From assembly GCA_039818205.1 (NCBI GenBank), contig JBCBUK010000016.1, positions 1 to 64,000 of the forward strand: 64,000 nucleotides of DNA, in the 5' to 3' direction. This DNA is from Verrucomicrobiota bacterium. GTDB taxonomy: Bacteria; Verrucomicrobiota; Verrucomicrobiia; Opitutales; Cerasicoccaceae. The notes below the pieces were generated by a model. That model was not told the origin of the DNA. It searched no databases and was given only the letters and a program-made list of their open reading frames with translations. The translations under genes were made by a program, and so were the position numbers. Shown here one piece after another: positions 16,716-26,712 of the stretch; the stretch's first letter is position 1, and each line of letters opens with the position of its first letter.

Positions 16716-19664
16716 ATGATCTACCATACCCGATTAAACGCGGGGAGGCAGTCGCGCGCGTTGTACGCAACGCTCCTAACCTGCCTCCTTCTCCTTCCGT
16801 CTGTGCTTCAAGCCCAGACCGTGTCTGGAGAGTTAAAACAGTGGCATACCGTCACTTTGACCATTGATGGCCCCAATACCAACGAGAATGCGAATCCAAA
16901 TCCATTCACGAACTATCGGATGAACGTTACCTTCACCCATCCGGGAACTGGCACTAGCTTTGTCGTTCCGGGATACTATGCGGCTGATGGAGACGCTGCC
17001 GAGTCCTCAGCGACAACCGGCAACAAATGGAGGGCTCACATCGCTCCGCCCGAAACTGGAACCTGGAACTACAGTGTCTCATTCCGCTCTGGGACCAATA
17101 TTGCCCTCAGCACCAGCCCGACTGCCGGCAGTCCGGTATCACCCTACAATGGCATATCAGGATCATTCAACATCGGCGCTTCCGACAAAACGGGGCGTGA
17201 CTTCCGCGCTCATGGGCGCCTCGCCTATGTTGGCAAGCACCACCTACAGTTCCAAGGCTCGGGCCGCTACTTCATCAAGTTCGGCGCAGACAGTCCGGAG
17301 AACTTCGTTTCCTACAACGATGTCGACAACACTCCAGTCAACGGACGTACCGGTATCCGCCACACTTGGGCACCGCACACACAGGACTGGAATACCGGTG
17401 ACCCGCAATGGCAAGGTACGAAAGGACGTGAAGCCATTGGCGCACTCAATTACTTGGCTAGCCAAGGCGCACACACCATCTCCACCCTGCTCTATACCAT
17501 CGACGGTGGCGACGACGGTCGAATCTTTCCCTGGACCGCCACGAACAACAAGAATCGCTTTGACGTCTCCAAGCTCGCTCAATGGGGAATCCTGTTTGCC
17601 CATGCCAACAACATTGGCCTGAACCTGAGTTTCAAACTCTCCGAAGAAGAAAACTGGGAGGATCTTTCGCAAAACGATGTTCGCCTCTACTATCGTGAAA
17701 TGGTTGCCCGGTTTGGTCACCACCTAGCAGTTACCTGGATTATCTCCGAAGAGTACGGTGGCTTCAGCATCGTCCAGGCTGAGGTCGACGAGCTCCAGTT
17801 CCGCGCAAACACAATGGCTGCCCTTGACCCTTGGGACAACAACTTGGTCACCCACACGGCTCCTGGTACGGTAAATCAAAACGCCATCTACCAACCGTCA
17901 GTAAACAATACTTCCTTCACGGGTGCATCCCTTCAAGTGCCCAACGCGGACACCACTGCAGAAAATGTTTTTAACCGAACGCTGTTCATCCGCAATCTGT
18001 CGATCAGCGCTGGGAATCCGTGGGTAGTCGCCAATGATGAACAAGGCCCCGCCGGCGAAGGCGTCCAAGAGCAAAGCGCTGGCGATCGCAAATACACGAT
18101 ATGGGGCAACCTTATGGCTGGCGGCGCCGGAACGGAGTTCTACGTCAACTGGTCGCAAAACAATCTGGATGCATCCCTTGAGGATTGGCGCACGCTCTCC
18201 ACCATGTGGGCCTGGGCGCGCTATTGCATCAACGACTTCGTGATCGCCAATAACATACCCTTCTGGGATATGGAGAATCGCGATGACCTCCTCTCCAACG
18301 GTGGCGGCAACCACTGCCTTGCCGTCGTCGGAAACACCTATGTCATCTACCTCGATGACGGCGGCACAACGAGCCTTAATCTAAACGGTCAATCCGGCAC
18401 CTTCGATGTTCGGTGGTTTGACCCTCGCAATGGTGGCAATCTGCAAAACGGCTCAGTCACCTCGATCACCGGTGGCGGCAGTCGCAGCATTGGGAACCCG
18501 CCAGGTGCCTCAGGATCTGACTGGGCGGTTCTAGTAACCAACCAAAGCGGACCGACACAAGACACGATTAGTTGTAGTCAACTGCCAACCACGGTGGCAT
18601 CGCAAACGTCCTATACGGTAACCATCCCCTACACCGCCACTCAATCGCGCGACATTGTCGTCGAGTTCTGGGACTCTGGATGGCTCTCCCAAGGCAAAAC
18701 CACCGTAAACAACAGTTCCGGCAATGCATCGGTTACGATCAATCTGCCCACTGCCCCAACTCCTGGAACCAACTATCTGTTCAAGGTCAGCATCCGCCCT
18801 GTTGGAGGAAATTGGACCACGGCTCTGGACTTCTGCCAGGAACCATTCACCGTCAGCGGCGGAAGCACGGGCGCAGACCTCGATCGTGCAATCACGGCAA
18901 CGCAGTTCGACGCCGAATCCAATCCCACCGATGACAACTTGATTCGAGTACTCACCGGGAAAGTTGGTTTCATCAAAGCTGGCACGTGGATCCGTTTCGA
19001 TTCATTCGATTTCGGAACGGGGGCTGCATCGGTCGATGTTTCCGCCTCAAGTGGATCCGTAGGTGGTCGAATCGAGTTCCGCCTTGGATCAACCACCGGC
19101 ACGCTGGTTGGCTCAGTCGATGTGACCAACACGACCGGCTGGAACACCTTCCAAACGTTCTCCACCAACGTCTCTGCCTCGGGGATTCACGACCTATTCT
19201 TGGTATTCGTCTCGCCGACAAACAGTACGCAATTCCTCTTGGACGTCCAAAGCTTCACCTTCAACTCAGGCACACCGCCCGCCAACAATGCGGACCTCGG
19301 TGTCTTGATTCAGGCCGAGCTCTTCGACGCCCAAAATGGCATTCAAGTCGTTGGTGGTACCAAAGTAGGTTTCGTCGAAGCCGGTGACTGGATTCGTTTT
19401 GACGCCGTCGAAATCGTCGGAGCGAGCTCATTCACCGCAAATCTCTCCAGCAATACGACGGGGGGAACGGTAGAGATTCGCACAGGATCTCCAACTGGAA
19501 CAATACTTGGAAGCGTCAGCACCGGCAACACCGGCGGTTGGAACACCTTCCTACCCGCATCCACGAACAGCCTAGGTAGCGTGTCCACCGTCACCGACCT
19601 CTATCTGGTCTTCACGGGCGGCAGCGGCTTCCTGCTCGACGTCGACTCCTTCCAGTTCGATTAA
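16716..19664 (+). CDS. Secreted DUF5060-type putative glycoside hydrolase with two C-terminal CBM6-like modules
   Basis: Signal peptide; WHTVTLT..GP, NPF.NYR..VTF.H, VPGYYAADG, ANDEQGP, WGNLMAGGAG.E and WFDPRNGG; two GFI..G.WI.F...TGGW..F CBM6-like repeats. Confidence 0.75.
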   Translation: MIYHTRLNAGRQSRALYATLLTCLLLLPSVLQAQTVSGELKQWHTVTLTIDGPNTNENANPNPFTNYRMNVTFTHPGTGTSFVVPGYYAADGDAAESSATTGNKWRAHIAPPETGTWNYSVSFRSGTNIALSTSPTAGSPVSPYNGISGSFNIGASDKTGRDFRAHGRLAYVGKHHLQFQGSGRYFIKFGADSPENFVSYNDVDNTPVNGRTGIRHTWAPHTQDWNTGDPQWQGTKGREAIGALNYLASQGAHTISTLLYTIDGGDDGRIFPWTATNNKNRFDVSKLAQWGILFAHANNIGLNLSFKLSEEENWEDLSQNDVRLYYREMVARFGHHLAVTWIISEEYGGFSIVQAEVDELQFRANTMAALDPWDNNLVTHTAPGTVNQNAIYQPSVNNTSFTGASLQVPNADTTAENVFNRTLFIRNLSISAGNPWVVANDEQGPAGEGVQEQSAGDRKYTIWGNLMAGGAGTEFYVNWSQNNLDASLEDWRTLSTMWAWARYCINDFVIANNIPFWDMENRDDLLSNGGGNHCLAVVGNTYVIYLDDGGTTSLNLNGQSGTFDVRWFDPRNGGNLQNGSVTSITGGGSRSIGNPPGASGSDWAVLVTNQSGPTQDTISCSQLPTTVASQTSYTVTIPYTATQSRDIVVEFWDSGWLSQGKTTVNNSSGNASVTINLPTAPTPGTNYLFKVSIRPVGGNWTTALDFCQEPFTVSGGSTGADLDRAITATQFDAESNPTDDNLIRVLTGKVGFIKAGTWIRFDSFDFGTGAASVDVSASSGSVGGRIEFRLGSTTGTLVGSVDVTNTTGWNTFQTFSTNVSASGIHDLFLVFVSPTNSTQFLLDVQSFTFNSGTPPANNADLGVLIQAELFDAQNGIQVVGGTKVGFVEAGDWIRFDAVEIVGASSFTANLSSNTTGGTVEIRTGSPTGTILGSVSTGNTGGWNTFLPASTNSLGSVSTVTDLYLVFTGGSGFLLDVDSFQFD

Positions 19665-19691
19665 ACCGAACCATACGTTTTCATCCATGCG

Positions 19692-19721
19692 AGGTGCGGA
19701 GTATTTCTCCGCACCTTTTTC
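19692..19721 (+). terminator. Rho-independent terminator
   Basis: AGGTGCGGAG-tattt-CTCCGCACCT followed by a T run. Confidence 0.85.
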
Positions 19722-19741
19722 ATTGATTCCCAATGATGCAA

Positions 19742-22621
19742 TCAGTCCGAAGAGACGTTTCGTTCACGGTGAAGCGTTGGATCCGCAACCGTTGCCATTT
19801 CGGCTTGATTCAACTCTCCACCAAGAAACGCATTAACCGCCGAGGCAACGGATGCGGGCTCATTGACTGCGTCGTGGAAGTTTACCGAAAGATAGGGGAC
19901 CTGATGCGCATCAAGCATCTCCTTCACGCCATTGATCTGCTTCGTGGCAAAATCAATAATCTTCTCATCAGTTAGGTTACCCCCTTTGGTCTTCATGCGG
20001 TCGAGCATACTATTTTGGGATGCGACAATTTCAACCGGATCACGCTCCATAAGGATCACACGCGCAGCAACCCGCTGCGGAACAAATGGAAGCAGCGGCG
20101 CAACCACCTTCAGCGCTTTTCCAGCCGCTTCTCCAACCCAAGTATTATCCTGGTTTAGACGTTTAACGAGATCGTATTCAAAGTAGCCCTTGGGATTATT
20201 CTCATCCGCCGATCGCTTCTCGTCCTGCATGATTGGCAGTCCACCTTGGCTAAGCATCTGCATCATCATGGACGTCCCGGATCGTGGCAAACCACTAACG
20301 ATCGTTACCGGTGTCCCATTCTGTTGAGCTTTCTCCTCGTCGCTTGGTTTAACCCCGAGTGGCATCAGCATATTTACGGATGGCGCAGGCGGAAGGTCCG
20401 GCAACTGTTTATCGATCTCGTCATCGCTGAGGGTTGGCAGCTCTCCAATGACATCCTGTTCCTCCGAGTCACGCTGCTGGCGTTCAAATCGCTCCGACAA
20501 TGCTTGGAATTGCTTTGCGAGAAAGTCATCCGACTTCTCGGTATAAATCTCGGAAAGAGCCCGATATGCCTCAGGGAAATTCGGGTTCTGGGAGGTCGCT
20601 AAGTTCAACGATTCAATCGCTTCGTCAACGCGACCAGCACGCCACAACGCACAAGCCAGGTAATAGTGCCCTGGTGGGAAATGATACTTGAGCGCAATCG
20701 CCGACGATGCCGCTTCAATGGCTTCGTCGAATCTTTCGGCAGCAAGGAAAGACCTGGCTTTACCCAGGTAAGCATCCTGATTGTCTCCATCGAGTTCAAG
20801 AGCACGATCAAAATTTTCGAGTGCAACCTCAACGTGATCGAGCGTCAAATGAACGTTACCCAAACGCAAAAAGAATCCAGGTGCCTTGGACTTCGTATCC
20901 GATGCCCGCTCTAAAAACTTTAATGCCTCATCATGCTCATCGCCGCTCATCGCGACGAGGCTCTCCAAGAAATCAATGATATGAGGGTCGCCTTTAGCAA
21001 TAGCTCGTAGGTTGCGAATAACCCTTAGCTCATTGTCGTTAAAAATGCGTTCGTCCTCCTCTAGTTTGCCATCGTCATCGACATTGGCCGCAGCACGGCG
21101 CTGCTTGCCAATCTGGCCAATGGTCATCAGGCGTTCGCGTGCCCGCTTGGAAGCCTGGTGCCAATTTTCTCTCAGACTCGGCGTCAGTCTCTTCAAATCA
21201 CTATACGCACCAATTGCATGGAGGCACATGCCTAGCTTCACCCCAAAACGAAACTCCAACGGATTCTCACGGTAAAGCTTAGCAAGCAAAGGAACCGCCT
21301 CGCCATGAAGTCCAGCATCCATGTACGACATTGAGAGATTGTAATCCAACTCGCGTTGAGTCCGACGAATGTTCTCCGTCATATCTCCACCGGGTTTTTC
21401 GATATAGCCAAGCGCCGCTAACTGATCGAGTTGCTCCTGCGCCTCATCAACGGAGAAGCCACGGTCTTTCGAGTGCTGACCGTCGTTGCCCTCGATCTCA
21501 TCCCAACTCGCGATCCTTTCGATCTTAACCTCATCAACAAAGGCTTCCTTGAGCACACGGCCATCCATGTCTTTCCCAACCGGAAGCCCGAACAAAGTTA
21601 ACACCGTTGGCGTGATGTCCAAGAGCGTCGCACGATGAATCGACTCGTCCTTTTTGATTCCTGGGCCCCGCATTGCCAAAACACCCAAGTCACGGTGCTC
21701 AATGGCTGGACCAGCTGGTTCAGCAGGGATGCCCTGCGGCCTCAAATGGTCTGGGTGAAAGCCGTGATCCGAAAGCAAAATGACCGTTGTATCGTCACCG
21801 GCCAGATTCATCAAATGGCCCAGCATCATGTCATGATAAACGTATCCGGCAGCCACCACGTTTTGGTAAAGCCGGAAGTCTTTCTCGGAAACGAATTCCT
21901 GCTTCGGAGGATGGTATTTCATGAAACCATGTCCGAAGTGGTCAATCGCATCGAAATAAATTGCGGCAAAATCCCACTCCTCAACCTGCAGCAGGTGGGT
22001 TGCGCAATTCTGAATCGAAGTCGCGTCCGCGATGATCCGCACAATGCTGTCCAAACGCCGATCCTTTTCCTGATCGACCTCGTGGGCATACGGAACAAAG
22101 GGAAGAATATGTTCCGCCTTTAAGTCCAAGGGATGACAACGAATCTCGGCGAGCTCGTCATCCAGCTCAGGCGGATGGACAGTTCCCGGAGCCATCTTCC
22201 ATTCTCGCTCAACCCCTTTCGGCGCACGCTGGTAGTGATTGGAAACCATGACGCCATCAATGGGCTCTGTGGGATGGCTCGGCCACCAGCCGACGACAAG
22301 CGAACGCTTATCGTTTTGTTGGAGAATATTCCAAACCGCCTTGGTCTTTCGCGAGAGATTCGTTACCGGCTGAACCGATTTACCATCAGGCGTCGGTTCC
22401 GAAAAACCATAAATTCCGTGTTTGTAGGCTCGCTTACCCGTAGCGATCGAAGTCCAAAGCATTGGAGACAATACCGGGCTCAGGGTTCGTAATTTCGCCA
22501 TGACTCCCTCATCGACAAGTTTCTGAACGTTCGGCATCAAACCGGCATCCATCAACGGGTGAATCATCTTCCAATCAGCGGCATCCCAGCCAATCAGCAT
22601 TACCTTCTTCGAATCGGGCAT
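19742..22621 (-). CDS. Alkaline-phosphatase-superfamily (NPP/phosphodiesterase) + TPR + sulfotransferase-fold fusion
   Basis: IGWDAADW, SPMLWTSIATG, D..GH and LSDHGF; central TPRs; C-terminal VSGLPRSGTSMMM and NPKGYFE. Confidence 0.8.
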   Translation of the reverse strand: MPDSKKVMLIGWDAADWKMIHPLMDAGLMPNVQKLVDEGVMAKLRTLSPVLSPMLWTSIATGKRAYKHGIYGFSEPTPDGKSVQPVTNLSRKTKAVWNILQQNDKRSLVVGWWPSHPTEPIDGVMVSNHYQRAPKGVEREWKMAPGTVHPPELDDELAEIRCHPLDLKAEHILPFVPYAHEVDQEKDRRLDSIVRIIADATSIQNCATHLLQVEEWDFAAIYFDAIDHFGHGFMKYHPPKQEFVSEKDFRLYQNVVAAGYVYHDMMLGHLMNLAGDDTTVILLSDHGFHPDHLRPQGIPAEPAGPAIEHRDLGVLAMRGPGIKKDESIHRATLLDITPTVLTLFGLPVGKDMDGRVLKEAFVDEVKIERIASWDEIEGNDGQHSKDRGFSVDEAQEQLDQLAALGYIEKPGGDMTENIRRTQRELDYNLSMSYMDAGLHGEAVPLLAKLYRENPLEFRFGVKLGMCLHAIGAYSDLKRLTPSLRENWHQASKRARERLMTIGQIGKQRRAAANVDDDGKLEEDERIFNDNELRVIRNLRAIAKGDPHIIDFLESLVAMSGDEHDEALKFLERASDTKSKAPGFFLRLGNVHLTLDHVEVALENFDRALELDGDNQDAYLGKARSFLAAERFDEAIEAASSAIALKYHFPPGHYYLACALWRAGRVDEAIESLNLATSQNPNFPEAYRALSEIYTEKSDDFLAKQFQALSERFERQQRDSEEQDVIGELPTLSDDEIDKQLPDLPPAPSVNMLMPLGVKPSDEEKAQQNGTPVTIVSGLPRSGTSMMMQMLSQGGLPIMQDEKRSADENNPKGYFEYDLVKRLNQDNTWVGEAAGKALKVVAPLLPFVPQRVAARVILMERDPVEIVASQNSMLDRMKTKGGNLTDEKIIDFATKQINGVKEMLDAHQVPYLSVNFHDAVNEPASVASAVNAFLGGELNQAEMATVADPTLHRERNVSSD

Positions 22622-22770
22622 AGTTGTCGAAATATCAAGTCAGTTGAAGAAACGTGCTTAGAGGCGCAGCGAACTCGACACCATGGTCCGCGAGCGCTCG
22701 CAGGGTCAAGAAAAGTCCGTCACCCAGTCGTATTCTCTCGCGGAATCATCAAATCTCCGTCAGTTGAATA

Positions 22771-22842
22771 AAAACTTAACCAAAAGGTTAAGTTTTATCT
22801 TGCAAGCCATCCATCTCCATGAATCCTTAACCACATGGTTAA
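22771..22842. promoter_or_regulatory. Two TTAACC-N4-GGTTAA palindromes (operator pair)
   Basis: AAAACTTAACC-AAAA-GGTTAAGTTTT (22771-96) and TTAACC-ACAT-GGTTAA (22827-42), upstream of the SRPBCC gene. Confidence 0.65.
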
Positions 22843-22946
22843 ATTTAATCCACTCAGCACCCTGCTGAACGATGTCACTCTTTCGCGCATCTGATCAATG
22901 ACTCGAAATGATGTCACTCGAAACAACACAATAATCAGACAAGACC

Positions 22947-23387
22947 ATGCCTACAGTTGAAGAAAAAAAGACCGCACGCATTGAGCGTGTTTTCGATGCT
23001 AACCCGGCCCGAGTATTCGAAGCCTGGACCAATCCTGAACAGATCGCCCAATGGTGGGGCTGCGAACAAACTGTGAACACCAATGCGACTCTGGACCTTC
23101 AGGTTGGCGGTGAACTCCGTTTTGAAATGAAAGGCGAAGGTGGCCAAGAACACCTGATTACCGGGAAGTTTATCAGAATCAACAAGCCGAGTGAGCTGTC
23201 GTTTTCCATGTGTTTCCACGGCTCTGATGGAACTGCGATGGAATCACAGGTTAGCGTAAGCTTCGTCGCACAGGACCCTGGCCAAACCCGACTGATCTTA
23301 GTCCACGAAAACCTCGTTGGCGAAATGGCTGAGCAAGTCGACTCCGGGTGGGGAACTGCTTTCGACAAGTTGGCAAAGTTCCTTTAA
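22947..23387 (+). CDS. SRPBCC/AHSA1-domain protein
   Basis: IERVFDA.P.RVFEAWTNPE...QWW, D.QVGG and GW...FDKL. Confidence 0.88.
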   Translation: MPTVEEKKTARIERVFDANPARVFEAWTNPEQIAQWWGCEQTVNTNATLDLQVGGELRFEMKGEGGQEHLITGKFIRINKPSELSFSMCFHGSDGTAMESQVSVSFVAQDPGQTRLILVHENLVGEMAEQVDSGWGTAFDKLAKFL

Positions 23388-23448
23388 TCCAATTAACATT
23401 CATCTCAATGGCCGGGGCTTACCACCTCGGCCATTTTTGCTTCAACGA

Positions 23449-24879
23449 TCAGTTACCCAACCGAACCCGCTCGGGTTGTTCAATGCTGCGAGCGCCACCG
23501 TTGATCACCCGGCCAGAAAGCCAGGCTTTTCCAACTTGTGCCCACGGAAACAGCGGTCCTGAGCTCATCACGACAACAACCGCGAATAGCACCATGCCCG
23601 AAACGGCTAAAACGCTTAGCCCGGTTAAGCTCGTTGGTGGAAGGAACGCCGCGATCAGAATCGTTATCATGAGTCGAGTCAGAGTTGCCGTTAAGGCGGG
23701 AAGTGGGCGCTTGATTCCCTGGCAACCAAATGAATAAGCGAGCCCAAACCCGAGCAACCCGATCGTCGGCCCGGTGATCACCAGGATCTCTTTTGCGGCC
23801 TGCGCCGTCTCAATGTCTCCCGAGAAGAACTGCAAAAATGAAAGCGGTGCGGTCGCCAGCGCGATACCCAGACCGGAGGTCAGCACCAACGACATCCAGG
23901 CTCCCGCGGTAACATAGCGCCTCGCCAAAACCTCATCGCCCGCGCCCCAGGCCATCCCCACCAACGCGATCAGCGAAGTACCGATACTAAACATTACCGG
24001 AAAAATGATCGCTTCGAAGCGGGTGCTAACGCCGTAGCCACCCAGCTCGTGAATGCCCATCCCGCTCGCCAATCCCGTCAATACAATCGAGATAATTGCG
24101 GCAACCAAAGTGTTGAAAGAACTGGGCAAGCCGACAATCAGAACATCGTAGAAATGATGGCGCCCTACCGGCATGAATCGGGACAGCAAGGGCTCTCCAA
24201 CAAAACGATTATCCAGAGCTCGCCATAGCAACACGACCTGAATCCCGAAACCAATGACTCGAACCAGGGCAGCACCCGTTAAACCCATGCCATCGTAGGA
24301 TCCGATCCCGAGAATCAAAGGGTAACTGATGAGTAGTTGGAGACCAATGCTTACTGCCCCAACCTTTGCCGGTATTCCCGGTTGTGCCAATCCGCGGTGA
24401 ATCCCTGCCAGGGTATTCGATAGCCAAATCAGCGGCGCGCCCAGAAAGTAAATGACCGCATAATCTACCGCCTGAGATACGAGCACAGCATCCGAACTCA
24501 ACCAGGAGAATATAACCCCAGGATTGAGACCGACCGCGAGCGCGAAAAAGATCCCAGCTCCCCCACCAAGAATTAGGGCGGCCCGGATGACAGATCGATT
24601 TCGCCCGGTATTTCCCAGCGACCGAGCCACCGCCGAGGTTACGCCTCCTCCCAAGCCACCTGCCGACATCGTGATCATCAACAAAATGAGCGGCAAGCAC
24701 AGGCTAAATGCTGCCAGCGCCTCCGCACCCAGATGTGAAATCAACCAAAGCTCAAAGATAAGCACACCCGAGTTCATTACCATAAAAAGGAACGTGGGGA
24801 ACGCGAAGGTAGTAATGCGCCTGACCACTCCCAGCCAGGTATGGTCGTCTATCGGTATGCTCTTGGAATATGGCTTCAT
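23449..24879 (-). CDS. MATE-family efflux transporter
   Basis: About 12 hydrophobic segments; LG..ALAA, G.G.GV..A.AR.LG, RG......P and G.G..GAAL. Likely ATG at 24879. Confidence 0.82.
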   Translation of the reverse strand: MKPYSKSIPIDDHTWLGVVRRITTFAFPTFLFMVMNSGVLIFELWLISHLGAEALAAFSLCLPLILLMITMSAGGLGGGVTSAVARSLGNTGRNRSVIRAALILGGGAGIFFALAVGLNPGVIFSWLSSDAVLVSQAVDYAVIYFLGAPLIWLSNTLAGIHRGLAQPGIPAKVGAVSIGLQLLISYPLILGIGSYDGMGLTGAALVRVIGFGIQVVLLWRALDNRFVGEPLLSRFMPVGRHHFYDVLIVGLPSSFNTLVAAIISIVLTGLASGMGIHELGGYGVSTRFEAIIFPVMFSIGTSLIALVGMAWGAGDEVLARRYVTAGAWMSLVLTSGLGIALATAPLSFLQFFSGDIETAQAAKEILVITGPTIGLLGFGLAYSFGCQGIKRPLPALTATLTRLMITILIAAFLPPTSLTGLSVLAVSGMVLFAVVVVMSSGPLFPWAQVGKAWLSGRVINGGARSIEQPERVRLGN

Positions 24880-24884
24880 ATTAA

Positions 24885-24933
24885 TTGCAAATTGCAATTG
24901 AATTAGAAGAACTCAAAAAATTGCATTTTGCAA
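24885..24933. promoter_or_regulatory. Two TTGCA-N3-TGCAA palindromes upstream of the MATE gene
   Basis: TTGCA-AAT-TGCAA (24885-97) and TTGCA-TTT-TGCAA (24921-33). Confidence 0.5.
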
Positions 24934-25065
24934 GTGATCATTACAAATGAGAGTTTATTGGAGCCGATTATTCCCAGAAAAATATATTCGCCCGCAAACC
25001 GCTGGTACGACGATCCGCGCAAGGTGATCTATGCGAGAACTACGCGATGACTGGGTAGCCGATTA

Positions 25066-25506
25066 CTACTCGCCCAACGAGAGGTGCAACTCGCGCCAAT
25101 CGTCCAAATTGTTTAGCATGATCGAGTCATCGATCGGAGAATCCAATGGCAGGCCATTTTGTTCCAACATTTTCTGGCGAGAGCCCTCCCCTTTTTTTCG
25201 AGCCACAACGATTTCATTGACCTTCGCAATGTTCTCGGGACTCACGTCGACCTCAGGTTGCGTTTTGACCCAATCCTCAAACTGAAGATAGCTTGGACGC
25301 TCTTCGAAAATGTAAGTGCGGACATTGTCCGGATCCAACCCCAAGCCTTCCAGGATCATAAAATCGAAGCCCGGGCGGACATCCTTGTAGCCATCTGGCA
25401 GGCGCCCGAAAGCGCTCAACAGCGTTTTTGCCCAAAGGCGAGGCAAGTGTTTGAGCCCAAGTGGACCCTCCGTTCCAGAACTTACCAAAGGAATTATTTT
25501 GTCCAT
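25066..25506 (-). CDS. DUF5069-like conserved protein
   Basis: GPLG..HLPRLW.K, GFD.M.L..LG, PSY.QFE.W and LNNLDDW. Confidence 0.6.
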   Translation of the reverse strand: MDKIIPLVSSGTEGPLGLKHLPRLWAKTLLSAFGRLPDGYKDVRPGFDFMILEGLGLDPDNVRTYIFEERPSYLQFEDWVKTQPEVDVSPENIAKVNEIVVARKKGEGSRQKMLEQNGLPLDSPIDDSIMLNNLDDWRELHLSLGE

Positions 25507-25627
25507 AGTCTAATGTAGTGGTCGTTAAAATTTAAAAACACTACCCATAGGAATGCATCGAAGGCTGTCGAGAACCGATCTTGGCATACAATTCGGACCA
25601 AGATCCCGCCAGGCTGACCCTACTACG

Positions 25628-26413
25628 CTAGTTTTTTACTTCTAGATCACGGATCCAAATATTGCGGAACTCCACTGGGCTGTTGTGTCCCTGAATCATC
25701 AAGGGCAAGCGCCGCTTATGGGCCTTATACGGTTTCGTGTTCTTGTGCGTCGTCGGTCCTAGTATCTCGGTGTTCTGTTGCACCAAAACGCCATTATGGA
25801 ACACGGTCATCGAGCCCGGTTTTTTGAGTTCGCCATCCTCGAAATCCGGCGCGGTGAAAACCACATCAAAGGTCTGCCATTCTCCTGGTTTGCGGGAAAC
25901 GTTCACAAGCGGCGGGCTTTGGCCATAGATGGCGGCGGCTGATCCATCGGCATAAATTTTACACGAGTACGAGTCGAAGATCTGGAGTTCGTACTGATAC
26001 ATAAATTTCAGGCCACTATTGCCCATTGAACAGGAATTTCCGGACGGCGGATTGGGTGCCCGCCACTCGACATGCAGTTGGCAGTCGCCGAACGGTTTGC
26101 AGGTCACAATATTTCCTTTCCCTGCAACCAAAACACCATCGACAATCTTCCACTCAGTTTCGCCAAACTGGTCCATCGAAGAGCCATCAAACAATACAAT
26201 AGCATCGGAAGGAGCACTCACCGGTGCCGATTCCGACGCTGCCGGAGGAGTCACGTATGGAGGCTGTGGACGGTCTTTATCGTGCACCCGATACTCGCTT
26301 CCAGGAATCAGCGGCGTATCATAGTTGCCCATACATTCAAAGATATGAAATCCTTCGTCAGCGATCGCGGCAAGGGATCCAAACAAGGTGGCAAAAATCA
26401 GCATTTTATTCAT
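25628..26413 (-). CDS. DUF1080 (3-keto-disaccharide hydrolase-like) protein
   Basis: PSDAIVLFDG, FGD.QLHVEW, GNSG, YE.QI.D, GEWQ.FD, HNGV, LQ/IQGH and FRNIWIR. Confidence 0.88.
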   Translation of the reverse strand: MNKMLIFATLFGSLAAIADEGFHIFECMGNYDTPLIPGSEYRVHDKDRPQPPYVTPPAASESAPVSAPSDAIVLFDGSSMDQFGETEWKIVDGVLVAGKGNIVTCKPFGDCQLHVEWRAPNPPSGNSCSMGNSGLKFMYQYELQIFDSYSCKIYADGSAAAIYGQSPPLVNVSRKPGEWQTFDVVFTAPDFEDGELKKPGSMTVFHNGVLVQQNTEILGPTTHKNTKPYKAHKRRLPLMIQGHNSPVEFRNIWIRDLEVKN

Positions 26414-26712
26414 TAGTTTCTCCTTTGTAATTGGAGTTCGGGCGCCACCAAAAGCGCCAAAACATCGGGGTTCGATCCTACTTTATCTGGCACTAGTAAG
26501 GGAATATTCGACCTTTTCTGACAACGAAACTGGAGTAGCAGCATCATTCACTGGATCAATTATGCGCTGCTATTGAATTCGTAACCGTTAGGACCGCTGT
26601 CTATTGGAATAAGGCATAGTAATCCGAACTCCAATTAAGTAGTCTCAAATCAGACAGCTTAGAAAGCAATTGGGAACGGCTGTAACGAAACTCCAATGCC
26701 TCCAAGAATCCT

